A model generated the notes under the pieces. It did not search any database, was not told the DNA's origin, and worked only from the letters and a program-made list of their open reading frames with translations. Made by a program: the position numbers and the translations under genes. This document shows, in pieces, positions 1 to 11,778 of a stretch of DNA of 64,000 nucleotides. The DNA lies in assembly GCA_030704615.1 (NCBI GenBank), contig CM060731.1, positions 64,852,001 to 64,916,000 of the forward strand. The letters run 5' to 3'. The stretch comes from Takakia lepidozioides. Lineage: Eukaryota > Plantae > Bryophyta. Position 1 is the first letter of the stretch. Each line of letters begins with the position of its first letter.

Positions 1-2165
1 AACGTGGCTGCATGCAGAGAGAATACATATAAAGGTGGTACTGTCCGGCTTCAAGCCTTCCATTTGCATTCCTTCAAATAGTTGCAGGGCCTCCCTATGA
101 CAACCACGCTGGGCATATCCTGCCATCATTGCATTCCATGACACCACATCTCGTTCAGCCATATTGTCGAACACTCCCTTTGCATCCTCGATGCACCCAC
201 ATTTGGCATACATGTCCACCAGGGTATTGTTCAGAATGACATCTGGTACAATTTCAGCTTTGACGATGTCACCATGGACCTCTTTACCCTTTTCAAGGGC
301 TGCCAGGCTCGCACACACATTGCAAATGCAAACAAACGTGGTGTGGTTGGGCTTCACCCCTTCCTGCATCATTTGCCCATAGGTCTCCAAAGCCTCCATC
401 CCGCACCCCTGCCGTGCATATCCTGCGATCATCGCATTCCACGACACCACATCACGTTCAGCCATATTGTTGAACACTCCCTTTGCATCCTCGATGCACC
501 CACATTTGGCATACATGTCCACCAGGGTATTGTTAAGAGTAACATCTGGTACAATTTCAGCTTTGATGATGTCACCATGGACCTCTTTGCCCTTTTCCAG
601 GGCTGCCAGGCTGGAACAGGCATTGCAAACGCCAACAAACGTGATGTGGTTGGGCTTGACACCTTCACGCATCATTTTCTCATAGGTCTCCAAAGCCTCC
701 ACCAAGCGCCCCTGCTGTGCATATCCTGTGATCATCACGTTCCATGACACCACATTCCGTGCAGCCATATTGTCGAACACTCCTTTTGCATCTTCCATGC
801 TTCGGCATTTGGTATACATGTCCACCAGGGCAGTGTTCAGAATGACATCAGTTACGATTTCAGCTTTGACAATGTCACCATGGACCTCTTTGCCCTTTTC
901 CAGAGCTGCCAGGCTCGCACACGCATTGCAAACGCAAACAAACGCGATGTGGTTGGGCTGCACCCCTTCCAGCATCATTTACTCATAGTTCTCCAAAGCC
1001 TCCATGCCACGCCCCTGCTGTGCATATCCTGCAATCATCGCGCTCCACGACACTACATTTCGTTCAGTCATATTGTCGAATACTTTCTTCGCGTCCTCAA
1101 TGCACCCACATTTGGCATACATGTTCACCAGGGTATTGTTCAGAATGAGATCTGGTACAATTCCAGCTTGGATGATGTCACCATGGACCTGTTTGCCCTT
1201 TTCAAGGGCTGACAGGCTCACACACACATTGCAAACGCAAACAAATGTGATGTGGTTCGGCCTCACCCCTTCTCGCATCATGTGCTCATAGGTCTCCCAA
1301 GCCTCCATCCTGCACCCCTGCTGTGCATATCCTGCAATCATTGCGTTCCACGACACCACATCTCTGTCAGCCATATTGTCGAACACTCCTTTTGCGTCCT
1401 CAATGCACCCACATTTGGCATACATATCCACCAGGGTATTGTTCAGAATGACATTTGGTACAATTCCAGCTTTGATAATGTCACCATGGACCTCTTTGCC
1501 CTTTTCCAGGGCTGCCTGGCTCGCACAAGCATTGCAAACACAAACAAACGTGATGTGGTTAGGCTTCACCCCTTCCTGTACCATTTGCTCATAGGTCTCC
1601 AAAGCCTCCATCCCCCGCCCCTGCTGTGCATATCCTGCAATCATTGCATTCCACGACACCACATTTCGTTCAGCCATACTGTCAAACACTCCCTTTGCAT
1701 CTTCAATGCTTCGGCTTTTGGCATACATGTCCACCAGGGCAGTGTTCAGGATGACATCTGGCACAATTCCAGCTTTGACAATGGCACCATGGACCTCTTT
1801 GCCCTTTTCCAGGGCTGCCAGGCTCGCACACGCATTGCAAATGCAAACAAACGTAATGTGGTTCGGCTTCACCCCTTCCCGCATCATTGCCTCATATGTC
1901 TCCAAAGCATTCCTTCCACACCCATGCTTGGTAAATCCTGCCATCATTATATTCCATGTGCTCAACCATCGTTGAGGCATTCTGTTGAACACTTGGTGAG
2001 CGTCCACGATGCTCCCACACTTAACATACATGTTAACAAGGTTGTTGTGTAGAAAAACATTTGGCTCGAATCCATTTTGGATAATGTGAGCGTGCACCTG
2101 CTTTCCAGCTTGCAGGTCTTTCATCTTGATGCACTTATGCAAGAGACTGACATAAGTATCTGAAT
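1..2165 (-). repeat. PLS PPR array, 303-bp (101-aa) P-L-S tandem units
   Basis: Repeating VVSWNAMIAGYAQQG...EGVKPN / HITFVCVCNACASLAALEKGKEVHGDI.KAGIVPD / VILNNTLVDMYAKCGCIEDAKGVFDNMAERD. Ends in P2-L2 (PDSTTFICILSACSHV). Confidence 0.95.
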
Positions 2166-2438
2166 CTGCTGAAATGCCTCCTTGGTTTAAAGTCTGTAGA
2201 GCCTCTTTTAGTCGCCCTGCCTCACATAGCATGCTCACATGCCCAGAAGTGCCCGAAGAGGCATTGTGGACTCCCTCTCTTGGTCCTCTTTCGGAAGCTG
2301 TGGTCATGGTCGAGGTGCCTGAATTCATCAACTGTGCCGCCGCTGCTTCCAGTTGACCATCTACCCATGCAGGTTTCTTGTAGCTATCCATCCACAAGGA
2401 ATCACAAGTAATTTTGTGCTTGACATCTGGCCCTTCGA

Positions 2439-2990
2439 CTCGGTTTGTCTCATCCTTCGGCATTGGGCCTTCAACACTGCGTTTGTCTTCAGCCCATCGA
2501 TGACCTTGCCATCCATCTCCTCCGCTGCCCATGTGCTGGTGAGCGCACTGCGTCTTATGATATGGTTCGCGATGCGGTGACATCTATTGCTCGGGAGGCA
2601 GGGTATCATGTACTGCGTGAGCAACCACATCTATGACCCACGCTCACGTCCCACTCTACACGCCGCCGATATTTGGTTCATTGCACCGGCACTTCGACGA
2701 TTTCCTACGGACATGTGCACATCATGCAGCCAAGAGCGGGTCCACTAGCATCCCACATGCCTCCGTCCTTGTCGCCTATTATCGACAATGTGTTTCAGTT
2801 GCTTTGTAGAGAGCACAAACCATATCTATTTTGCATCGGGCTGATGTGGCTAGCTCCGCGTCATCTCATCTTCCGCCTCTACCTGACACTTTGCCTATCT
2901 CCTTGCTTGATCTCTTCCAGGCTGTTGGCTGGGAGGGTCGCTCTGCTTGAGTAGCTTACTATAGCTTCTGGACCTGATCCCCTTGAGCGT
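2439..2990 (+). mobile_element. 5'-truncated CRE/R2-type (RLE-clade) non-LTR retrotransposon fragment
   Basis: LGLSHP..CVC..D..IHLLRC.CAGER...D..RD..IAREAGYHVLREQ (CCHC knuckle and RLE approach). C-terminal YRQCVSVAL*RAQTISIL...PLPDTLPISLLDLFQAVG. Degenerate. Confidence 0.7.
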
Positions 2991-5900
2991 CCTGGAACTA
3001 GTTAGTGTTGGGTCACGTACAAAAACATAGTTAGTGTTGTGGTATCCAGCAAACATAAACATTGTCCATTCCCCATCACAAGTAAAGATCAAGAGCGTAG
3101 AGGGCGCACCCGGCAACAAGGCGATATCCAAGTTCGTAACGCTGTTGATGACGTCCTGTTCGCGCCACCAATGCTGTCATGCTGAAAACTCCAGAGAGGT
3201 CTCTTCCTCCAATCTATATCTATACTTTCAACAGAAAGGTCCTCCTTAAAATCGCAACATGACTGTTGAGGGTGTTACCTTCGACCCTTTTATCGAGTCG
3301 CCATCTCAAGGGACTCCATATATTTTTAACAAAAGGAAAAGGCAGTCATGCTAGTGAATCTACATACGGACATGAGGACTCTTCCACAAATAGGAAACTT
3401 TATGCCACAGCGAAAAAGCACATTCCTTTTCTCAACTCGGTCTAATTCATTCCAGGTCCACCACTCAGCTCTAGCTGCACGAATCATAGTACTCAAGGGA
3501 CTCCCATCTAATAGGGGATTCTGACGTGAAAAAAAATTCCTCTCAAACTTATTTCCTGGATCTTGGCATTCAGACCTCCGACGGTACATGCTTACGATGC
3601 TCCATGCATGGCTGCAGCCCCGCTTGACGCTTACCACGTCCACTTCGCTCATCGATGTCACGGCTACCCCCTGCAAGAAAGAAACTGGAAGAGTGGCTCT
3701 CCTGAACCATCGGAGGGCCACTCCTAACCCTATTCCGAATGAGAGCAGCGGCCAATCCTGTAGCTTAACGGTCGCCTTTGCCTCGTCCAATTGCATTCTA
3801 TTGCATGCATTTTTTTACGTGACCACTCTCTGTCACATGCAGACAGACCTTTTGTTGGAAATCCTCATCATCTAGTCAGCAGAAGCTGTGCGATGGGCAT
3901 CAGACATGAATGACGCGGTGCAACCATGCCTGGATCATGACTTGTGGGCGATCTTGCAGAGCTCACAATGTGATGAGATCAGTTGTGGGTTGTGCGTTTT
4001 GTTTACGCGGCCATACCAGATGCTGCAGAGCAAGGCTTTGGGGAAGAACGAGCAACTCCAGCGGTCTTACTTCCTGCTGCATAGGACGTGGATCGTCCCC
4101 CACTCTTCCCACCGCAATGCGACTTGTTGCCTCCTCCTCTTCCCCCGCTGTCCCGACAGAGGGCTGCCTTTGCGTGGATTTTACTTGATGTCGACTACAT
4201 TCCAGGGAGGGAGATGAAGCCTGGCCGAGCTGCAATTGGAGGAGGCACAGTCAGCAGCAGGGTGGTATTGTTGGGTGTGAGCATGTCGGAGCTCTCCCAT
4301 TTGCATCAGCTGCTGATTTGCTGTTTTTGGAGTTTTCTTTAGCTTCATGGTGAATGGCGTCTGCGAGGTAAGGAACACTTTTGACATAGTGACATGAATG
4401 AAACTGCAATTCTCCTCTTAACTTGCCGAGCCTTAGGACATCTGAGAATCTGGACCCACACTCTATCCCTACTCCTTCAGCTATCCCTGCCTCTGCACAA
4501 ATCATGTATATAGATCCTCGCCTTGCTGCTAGCAGCTGACAATGACAGTCTAGATTTGTTCTAGCAAACACCCCAATCCTGCTTATCAGACACTAGTTCC
4601 TACTCTGAATTGCCTCCAAGACTTTCAAAATAAGCTGGGGAGAGAGGATCACGATTTCCAACAAAGCGCATCTTGTTTGTTTGCTTTTCTCTGTACTCTA
4701 TTTGGCATTCACCTTTTTGCCTCGACTGTCCCACCGTTGAGTGGGGTCAGAAAAATATCCCTTCCAAAGCTTCTCCTCGTCTCTGTTATCTGTTTACGGA
4801 TAAGAGCATATTGCCACATTGGCAATAACATGTCATAATCATTCCAAAACCACCATATATCCACCCTACGAGCTAACTTGCAGATTTTGACATGAAAATT
4901 AGGGACGACTCTGAAGAGGGTAAAACAGGCTGGAAAGAAGGTGCCCTCACCACGTTGTGCTTGACCTTGTGCCATGACCCAAAAGGACCTCTTGGGTGTG
5001 CTGCTTGTGTCTGCAGTCAGGTGATCTCGGATTGGTCTGAGAGGAGAACCACCACGGTGCAGCTGAGCAGCCATAGATTTAAGCACAGCCTCCTAAGACC
5101 AATCTGACCCTCCCAGGTACCTTGATAAAACACCAGGACAATTATCTAATCATGATACTAACAGGAAGAGCGCACATTAGCTGACTGGACAAACTTGTTC
5201 ACATCGTACATTAAGAAAGCCCGACCTTGCAATTGTGCTTGTCCCACCACTTTGAAGGATCTTTAAAAAACTTGTGCCAGCTCTGCTCCATGCTCCGCGG
5301 TAGACCTTTGTGCCCAAAAATACAACAGCGTCAACATTTTGACAAGTTCCTCTATGGAGGAGTTATAGTGAGCTTTCAAATGAGTCAATATGGGCTCCAT
5401 TGGACTCTACACAATGAGGAACGTGTCCAAACACCAGCTTCTGTCTGTAGTCTGGAGATTTTGGAGTGGTCTGTGAAAACGACCAGGGAACAGCTGAGCA
5501 GCCACAGTGCAACCCAAAGTACCTTGCAAACTCCAGGGAAAAGACCTTGCACATCCTACTTTCATGTCCTGCTCAGGAAGAACAACCTACGATACGTAAG
5601 CAGTTTTTGCAGCGCAAAGTGAGATTCTAACTCCTAGGGGTACAATCCAGTCGACAGAATCATACCAGAGTTCCCTCAGACTCCTTCTTATCATACATGA
5701 AGAAAGCTTACCTTGTCAAGGCTACTGTCCCACCAGTGTGAAGGATCTTTAAAAAGCTCCCAGCGCTGTTCCATGCTCCGGCGTGGACCTGCACGCCAGA
5801 TATCCCAATTCTCGACCTTGCCTAACGATCCCGTGCGCTTTCTTGCTTCTTTGCCCAGAGTACATTCGTATCTGCTGAATTGCGCAAAAGACAATTCCGA

Positions 5901-7429
5901 GCCTGGATCCGATGGCGCATGCATACAACACAGCGACCCCAGAAAAGGAACCGCCGAGTGTTTCGTGTCATTACCTAATTTGAATGGCATCCCTGAAGGC
6001 GCCATAGCCACCAAATGCAAGAGAATCCGTCCTCTGCGCATTGCCAAGGGGGATGCCGCTTTCAGCTCGACAGCCCAGCCAAAGAGGCAGACAGATATGT
6101 TTTGGTCCGTCTACTCGCAATCAAGAAGCGAGAAACCATTGCACAGTAGGCTCCTCTATACATGGGAAACGATCATCCAGCTTCAAGGATCACGCATAGG
6201 TTTAAACCATCATTTGCTGTCGCAGTTCTGCGGCCTCTTTCCTTCTGTCCTTTCCAAGAAGACATCATCTCTCTCTCCTCCCGTCTGCCTAACGTCACCA
6301 ATAGGAGAGGCTGGCCTCTCCCTTGCCACTGCACTCCCCAGCACATGTCAAAATTCACCTCTGTCTCCCCGTCGCTTGAGCGAGTGACCCCTTCCTGCCT
6401 ATCACGAGTGTCACCATCTATTGCCAGCGTCTGTAGAGTAAGCATTGATCCGACACTGATCTGGACATACAGCACATGTAGCACGAGAATGCCTTGAATA
6501 CTTACGAGGATACATATGTGGTTTGGTAGCTTCCTTGTGTGCCTTGTTCACCCTCGTATCCTTGCCCCTTCCGTGATGAGAGATCGAGTGCTTCCTGTAC
6601 ACATTGAAGGCCAACCTTACAGACTCAATGATTTCACCAAGAAAGAAGATATCTCCATGGCAGGTTTCTTTACTGCGGGTGATGTACCCCTCTCATTCTT
6701 GTCTCGTTCTCTTTACTTCATGTGCCATTCTGTGTTGTGATTCAGTTCCCTAAGCTACACGACGATGATTAGCGAGGAACAAAACAAGGATCCGAGCTTT
6801 TGTTTGGTTCTGAAGTGAGCCCCTCCTGACACAGTGCATACTTATTAGTTACTGCACAATGATGAATTAATGTCACCTCTCCAGTCAGGATCTGGGCAGA
6901 CAAATCTTGTTTTGCTTCCTGAGGGAAACAAACAAGGGGTGGCTCTTCTTAAAGTGGGTACTTAAGGAGAGCTAATTTTGGCTTGTTTGAGAGGTCAGCA
7001 GCTCAAGCATGCCAGCAACCAGACCTGCTTTCTTGGACACTAGCAATATCACCATCCCTGCATGGAACTAGAAACAATTCTTCAATACTCAAAAAATTGT
7101 TTCACACATGCTCCAAATTCAGTCTCCAACTGCGTTCTGGACTGGGTGGAAGAGTCCCTAATCTTGAACTCCAAGATGCACAAAACTGATGTTTTAGTGT
7201 GAGGGAGTCATGCGAATCCAATTCATGCAGCATCAATCAATCATAAAATCCCAAATACAGTTACAATTACTATGCAAACTTGTGGCTGCCATGGGATTAG
7301 ATCTTGGTGAGTTAAGGCTAGGCTTTCATGCATGCAAGTTAGTCAAGGGCACTCTACGAGGTGGCACCATGAGAAACATACAAATCTAAGATGCTGAATA
7401 AACATGTGCACAAGGCTGCCCCTTGTGAT

Positions 7430-8080
7430 GCATCTTGTTGTCTGCTTCTCTCTGTAATTTAACAGGCATTCACCATTTTGCCTTGATTCTCCCACCAGTA
7501 ACTAGGGTTCGAAAAATATTCATTCCAAAGCTTCTCCTTGTCTCTGTAGTCTGTTTTTGGATGATTGCCTGTTGCCACATTGGCAGTAACAAGTCAAAAT
7601 CACTCCAAACCACTGTGATGAGCGAGCATGCAGAACGCAACATGAAAAAATAGGGTTGAACCTTGCAAACTCCAGGGGAAGACCTTGCGCATCCTACTTT
7701 CATTCCCTGCTTAGGAAGCACAGCCTACGATATTGACAGTAACAACAGATTTTCCAGAGCAAAGAACTTCACTCATCAACTCGGGGTACAATCCAGTCCA
7801 CATTATAGCAGAGTTCCGTTACCCTCAGACTCCATCACATATTACATGAAGAAGGTTCACCTTGTCTAGGCTGCAGTCCCAGTTAAGGAACTCCTGCCAG
7901 CGCTGTTCCATGCTCCAGCGTTGACCTACCTGCACATATACCAATTATCGATCTTCTCTAACTATCCCTTGTGCTTTCTTGCTTCTTTGCCCAGAGTACA
8001 TTTGCTTCTGCTGATTTGCTCGAAAGGCAATTCCAAGCCTGGATCCTAGGGCGCATACAATACAGCGAAGCAAGAAGCGA
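7430..8080 (-). pseudogene. Internally deleted tandem paralog of the 5' PDF exons of the PPR gene
   Basis: 7435-7620 aligns to ~4675-4850, 7660-7860 to ~5520-5712, and 7860-8065 to ~5712-5935. Retains a KLWNEYFSNP-like exon, with deletions and frameshifts. Confidence 0.8.
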
Positions 8081-8317
8081 AAGAGAGAGAGGAGAGTCTT
8101 TTCGACAATGCTCCTCTGTCCCCTGTTTTGCGAAAAAGATTAAAAAAGAAAAACTGAACCTACCAGTATTTCGAAAAATTGTCATCGCCGCGTGTTTATC
8201 AGGCTCCTCTCTTTTACGGAATCAGGAATGGAAGGGCTGGTTATTGCATTGATCGTAGAAGCAGAACCCATCGTCTGATTCTCGACCTTTCCGACCTGGG
8301 AGTGGTTGGAGACTAGA

Positions 8318-11300
8318 ATGGCTTATGCTATGGATGAGAAGGTGGAGCATGGAGATTCAGGCAAGCCAAAAGAGGCTGCAGCGGGAGTCATCCCTGCAGT
8401 CATGAAGAAGAGAGACGGGGATTTAGAGACCCTGACCGATGACATGCGCGTTTCGGAAGAGGCAGAGCAGATGTTGGAAGATGGGAAGATGATGCGGGAA
8501 AATGATGATATAGCTACATTCATGCGGAAGAGACCGCTTACAGCCGAGGACAAGCCCCAGAATGGAACCATCGTTGCAGTTGTACAGAAGAGAGCGAAGC
8601 TGTTAGAGGCCCTGATAGACGATGCGCAGGAGACAAAGATGCTGTTGGAAGAGAAGAGAAAACTCGAGAGGATGGCTGCCCCATTGCACAAGCGAACGCC
8701 ACCCAAGGTTGAAGCTCATACTCTTGCATGCACCCATGGTTGGAATCTCAGCAGAACAGTAACATAAGAACCGTGTTTGAACACTCCAGTTGGACGAGAA
8801 ACGTAGCGAGATGGGAGTGGCCAGTGAATCTTCCTTAAATCTAGGGTAAAATCAGGAGGAGCATATGTAGAAGGAATTGAAGGGGTTTCAATTTGTTCTT
8901 GTCGTTTGTGCCTCGAGTCCAAGCAGTGACAAGGATTAGGAATGTAGGAGATAGAGACTCATCGTGTGGGGCACTGTTGAGAATGTAGGCACGTGGAACG
9001 TGCTCAGAGTCAGAATAAGAATGAAGACACTAGCCCAGAAGTATCCACAATTCCATCTAACTGGGTGCGAAACATTCTGCCAATCTGCAGTTGGGTGCTT
9101 CCGCAGGAGAAGGATCTCCAACTTCCACGGAAGAGGGAGAAAGTCGTAGGGGATCTGCACCATCTGGAGAAGCAGCAGCTTGCAGCAGCTCAGGCCCTGG
9201 CATGGACGATGTTGTAACAACGCAGCCGCAAGGAGTGGGAAACGGCTGGCCCTTGGAAGATTGCCCGGAGGAGCCAGCCATGGACTCAGGCCTGGAGTCG
9301 CTGCAAATGGGCAACCCAAAGGAGGAGGTGGCGAAGGTCGGCAGCGGAAGGGAGAGCGTGAAACGCCCAGACATCGTAGCAGAGGCCGATGGGGTCGAGG
9401 AAAGAAGGCGGGCAGGCGGTGGAGAGTGGTTTGTGCTGACAGATTCGTGCTTGCTGGCCTTGCATCGAGGAGATATAACCGAGTGGCATATTGATGGCAA
9501 GGCAGATGCAATTGTAAGTCCATATTCTGCGAACTTCAGGAGTTGGCAAGGTCACAAACGTCGAAAATTTGAGGAGTGCCCCTCTTTGTGGATGTTGTAT
9601 GGCTCCCTCTTGAGCAGTCCACCTTGTGTATAGGAATTCTAATAGGGATACAGAATCATTACCTGTGTTTGCACCGCAAATGGTTGAGCAGAAGCTTTTG
9701 GACTATAATCCAGACACACTTAGAGGATGCAGTTGCTTTGTTATGCAGGTGAATGCAGCCAACGAATTAATGCTTGGCGGTGGAGGAGTTGATGGAGGTC
9801 TTTATCATGTGTCTTTTGTCTTTGTTTTTGAAAGTTGGGACGATCTCTGTTGTGTGAGAGGTGTCCCCATGGTTAGTAGAGTGTCAGGACTGCTTCGCAT
9901 GGTTGCAAAGTTCGGGATACACTCATTCAACTGAGGCTGACCAGCATGGTGTTTAGTTAGAAACCTATCAACCCTGCATTTTGAGAGCTAGCTCCATGAA
10001 ACTCTCTGTTTACATTCTATTGCCAGTTGATTCGTTCCTGCTCCAAAGACTCTCTGGCCTGCCCAAAGGTCAGCCCATCAGGAATCAGACTGTCTGGCAA
10101 GCCTGTTGGATGAGTGCAACTTTCAATTGAGATTGTCCCTCTGACAAGCTCTGCCAGACATTGTGACCATGGACTGTCCATCTATAGTAAAATGGAAAAG
10201 TATCAGTATCCTCAAGGTAGGTTTTTGACTATAAACCAACATAAAATTGACAAAAATGAAACCTTGCATGGAAACCCTGAATGTGATTTGTGTTTAACAT
10301 TCAGTTTAGACAGATTTGGTTGTACTTCAAAAGCCATTGTCATCTATTGAGATCTAATCTGCCCAAATATTGTCCTGTTGTCCACTTAGGTGAGCTCTCA
10401 ATCCCCATCTCCTTGGAGTCCTAGGAGAGATTGCAATTGGGAATGTGATGTTTTGTCAAATTCAAGTTTAGTGGTCACATTTTCTTAGGGTTCTTTTTGT
10501 GGCTGTGGGTCATCCAATAACAGCTATGGAACTAATGGTTGGTTTGATCTGCAGCAATACACAGAGCAGCAGGACGCAAGTTAAGGGATGCATGCTCTGA
10601 GAAGCCACAGGTCACACCTGGTGTACGCTGCCCTGTTGGGCATGCTGTTGTCACTGGGTATGTGTTGGCCTTGGAGAGTTTTTGCTGTGATATGAGAGAT
10701 GAGAACTTATTAGTCATCTGAGGTGTTAATCAAGCTGTGTTGACTGGCACACTGGCATTTCGTTTACTCATAATTTTATGCTGATGATAAGTATGCATGT
10801 GCAGGGGATTCAATTTACCAGCATCAAAAGTAATCCACACTGTGGGACCCATCTATGACGAGGAGCGCAACCCTGAGGACCTTCTGGTCAAAGCCTATAA
10901 GTAAACAAATCTGTATGCTTATCTTCTTGTCCATTCATTGGCAGCTGTTCCTAAAACTAAACACATAGTCACGGCCGGATTCACCATTTGTGGGATCATT
11001 CTATCAAATAGCAAGTGGGAATTTCGTATCTGTTGTTGTCAATATGTAGGCCTTAAGAGCATACTTCACAGTGATAACTCTGGATGTGCAGCATATTGTT
11101 GGGGCCTGACTTTATCTAAGGTTGACGCTGGCAGGAGCTCTTTGGCTGCTGCTGTTGAGGCAGGTGTGAAGTACATTGCATTTCCAGCCATTTCTTGTGG
11201 GATCTATGGGTGAGTCACATCCCCTCCTAAATCTTTAGAGAGGCAACAAATTGTCTGTCTCAGAGCTTTAATCTGGGTTAATGGTCCCAGGTTGGGGACT

Positions 11301-11778
11301 TTGTACTCAGAAGGGAGTGAATTTAAGATTGAAAGCAACCAGGCGTCTGACATAAAAGAGGGCATGTTGGGGACAGTCATCAGAGGGGCAGGTTGGTATG
11401 TAGAGCATAGAACATAATTAACTTACAGCCTGGAGCTACAGGTATCCCAATGAGGAGGCGGCACAAGTAGCATTACAAGCATTGCAAGAAGCTGCTGCTG
11501 GTCTTGTTGAGGTAGTGTTGCCTACCTCATTATGCTTTTTAAGGAAACTTGAATTTGGATTATCTAAACAGAGAGAAGGAGTATGTGTTGTTTGAACAAT
11601 GAAGATAATTTGAGATAGTTTGATAGAAGCATTCTGGATTCTGGCTGTATCCTGCTCTGACAGAACAGTGGCTTTTGTGTGGGGCATATTGCAGATTCAT
11701 TTTGTACTGTTTGAGAAGGGCACATGGAAAGCTTGGCTTGCTGCAGCAGAAAAGGGCCTACACAGACTGGCTCTGTAG
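8318..11778 (+). CDS. Macro-domain (Appr-1''-p processing / MacroD-type ADP-ribosylhydrolase) protein with long N-terminal extension
   Basis: GT-AG exons 8318-8707, 9091-9513, 9749-9797, 10555-10657, 10805-10900, 11135-11209, 11442-11511, 11695-11778. Motifs GDIT, DAIVNAAN, GGGGVDGAIHRAAG, VIHTVGP, IAFPAISCGIYGYP. Confidence 0.92.

Larger units (their letters stand above)
1..6041 (-). pseudogene. PLS-class PPR protein gene with N-terminal OSB-type PDF motifs; disrupted; C-terminus (expected E/DYW) off-window
   Basis: ATG 6041 (MRRGRILLHLVAMA..., transit-peptide-like). Exons ending ...KDPSHWWDSSLDK|GT (5712), ...FFKDPSKWWDKHNCK|GT (5226) and ...KLWKGYFSDPTQRWDSRGKK|GT (~4712). PDVKHKITCDSLW..P.WV at ~2340-2437, then L-S-(P-L-S)x6-P2-L2 in one frame to base 1. 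In-frame TAA at 979-981 and a ~2 kb insertion at ~2439-4446. Confidence 0.8.

Noticed and set aside
164-2052. Numerous + strand ORFs (MSNTPFASS..., MDLFALF...)
   Set aside because: Antisense shadows of the minus-strand PPR repeats.
3326-3796. 156-aa minus ORF with a faint AlkB-like look (LSFG...LLDGS)
   Set aside because: No HxD or RxxxxxR motifs, so the assignment cannot be supported.
2439-4446. Helitron interpretation of the insertion (minus strand TC...CGAG ends)
   Set aside because: The CGAG end is simply the LGL codons of the CRE fragment. There is no 3' hairpin or clean A^T target.
6160-6740. Possible + strand gene fragment
   Set aside because: Stops in the candidate frames and no recognisable family.
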